A DNA stretch of 64,000 nt from an uncultured Planctomycetota bacterium (GTDB lineage Bacteria; Planctomycetota; Planctomycetia; Pirellulales; Lacipirellulaceae): the NCBI GenBank assembly GCA_963719315.1, contig CAVRBU010000003.1, positions 224,001 to 288,000 of the forward strand. Direction: 5' to 3'. Position 1 is the stretch's first letter. Every line of letters begins with the position of its first letter. The position numbers and the translations under genes were made by a program. This document shows positions 62,541-64,000 of this stretch, one piece after another. Under the pieces are notes generated by a model. The model was not told where the DNA came from, made no database searches, and saw only the letters and a program-made list of their open reading frames with translations.

Positions 62541-64000
62541 TCAACTAACGACGCGTGAAGCGCTTTCCTTTCGGCAATCGGGCAATGACTCGATGAACAG
62601 TCGGCCGTAGGGCTTCGTGACAATCCGCGGGTCGAGGCAGACGACAGTGCCGTGGTCGGTGCGGGTGCGGATCAGGCGGCCGAAGCCTTGTTTGAATTTG
62701 ATGACGGCTTCGGGCAGTTGGTAGTCGCGGAACGGATTGCCGCCGGCGGCGCGGATGGCGTCCAGGCGGGCTTCGAGCAGCGGGTGATCGGGCACGGCGA
62801 ACGGGAGCTTGGCGATGATCACGGTTTGCAGCGCGTCGCCCGGCACATCGACGCCTTGCCAGAAGCTGTCGGTGCCGAACAGGACAGCCCGCGGATCGGT
62901 TTTGAATTGCTCGAGCAGTTGCGTGCGCGGCGTGCCGTCGGCCTGGCTCAGCAGGCGCAGGTTGCGCGACATGAGCCAACGTTGCAGGCCAGCCGACACG
63001 CGACGGAGCATTTCATAACTGGTGAAGAGCACGAACGTGCGACCATCGGTGAGGCCGGCGTAGTGCTCGATGGCGTCGATGCACCGCTTTTCGTAGCTGC
63101 CGCGCTCGGCAGAAGTGGGATCGGGCATGTCGCGGAGCGTGACGAGCTCCGCCTGCTCGCGGTAGTTAAACGGACTGCCGACTTGGACCGCGTCGCATTG
63201 CGTCAGGCCAATGCGCGATTTGAAGAAGTCGAAGACTCCCCGAGAGGCACTGGCAGAGCCAATGGCACCGGAGCGGCCCACTGATAGTGTGGCGCTTGTC
63301 ATGATGACGGACGGTATCTTATCGAACAGTTGCACGCGCAAGGCGGGGCCGATATCGACCGGCGCGGCGGAAAGCGTTAGACGTGGATTGCCGCGGCGGC
63401 CTTCGTAGGATTCGAGCCAGTAGACGGTGCCTTTTTGGGCCTGCGTGCGCCATATTTCGAGTTCGCTGGCGAGGGCCAGCAGCCTGTCGTGCGCGGCGAG
63501 GAAGTCTTGCTGCTCGGATTCATCGCTAAGCTTTTTGCCGGCCGCTTTGAGTAGCCTGGCGAGGATGTCGAGTTCGGGGCTGAGGTGGTTGGCGACGATG
63601 GCGGGGTCGTGGACGCGGAGCGGGCGATTGTTCCGCGAACCCTCCCCCTGCCCCTCCCTAAAAGGGAGGGGAGAATTCCGCGCGCCATTCGTAGAGGTCG
63701 CCGAAGAACATGTCGGCCAGGTGGCGGCAGCGATCGACTTGTTGCTGCTCTTTGCGCAAGCCATGGTGGACGAGCAGGCCCTTGTTCGTGCGGTCGTTGT
63801 ACAGCTTGTTAAGCAGGTACTCGACTTGGCCGCTCGTGACGTTGATGCCCAAGTGGTCGCTGGCGACGGCTTCGATCGTGTGCGCTTCGTCGAGGATCAC
63901 CACGTTGTAATCGGGCAGGATACTCGCGCCGGCGCGGCGGAGCGCGATGTCGCTGAACAGTAGCGCGTGGTTGACAACCAGGATTTGCGCGTGCTGCGCG
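62541..64000 (-). CDS. DinG/YoaA-family helicase, 3' part (frameshift near 63680; 5' end outside window)
   Basis: [52 protein letters not shown]. Confidence 0.92.

Noticed and set aside
1..64000. tRNA, rRNA, integrase or prophage genes
   Set aside because: None recognised by eye; a tRNAscan/Infernal run would be needed to exclude small RNAs.

Overview
GC-rich bacterial chromosome segment, almost certainly from a planctomycete (Pirellulales/Lacipirellulaceae-like). This is inferred from a LERRxVL-type secretion motif, dockerin plus PEP-CTERM proteins and a planctomycete-type PilT/PulE pair. About a dozen single-base frameshifts, one inside essential alaS, point to long-read indel errors, so several ORF-track fragments are joined here into single genes. 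Contents in order: a Ser/Thr kinase; a giant PKD-repeat surface protein with 7 identical 372-bp units; a nested IS pile (tandem ISKra4-like dimer with an IS5-like element inserted in the tip of its right IR); a two-component system; alaS, purC, a TA pair and aroC; a ~13-kb redox locus; four PEP-CTERM genes; a cyclase-kinase-Cache fusion; pilT and a degenerate PulE; hisF; and a duplicated dinG-hisF junction carrying variable cargo. The redox locus holds an atypical class III nucleotide cyclase, an FAD/2Fe-2S reductase, a cNMP-binding 4x[4Fe-4S] protein, tetra-, penta- and deca-heme cytochromes, a membrane protein and a predicted beta-barrel. Three candidates stand out as possibly undescribed systems. 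(1) A cyclic-nucleotide-gated multiheme/porin electron conduit. (2) Inverted pairs of 7-10-bp tandem repeats at gene junctions, which in one case exactly bracket a four-helix-bundle gene. (3) Several families of REP-like palindromes inserted in-frame inside protein-coding genes.
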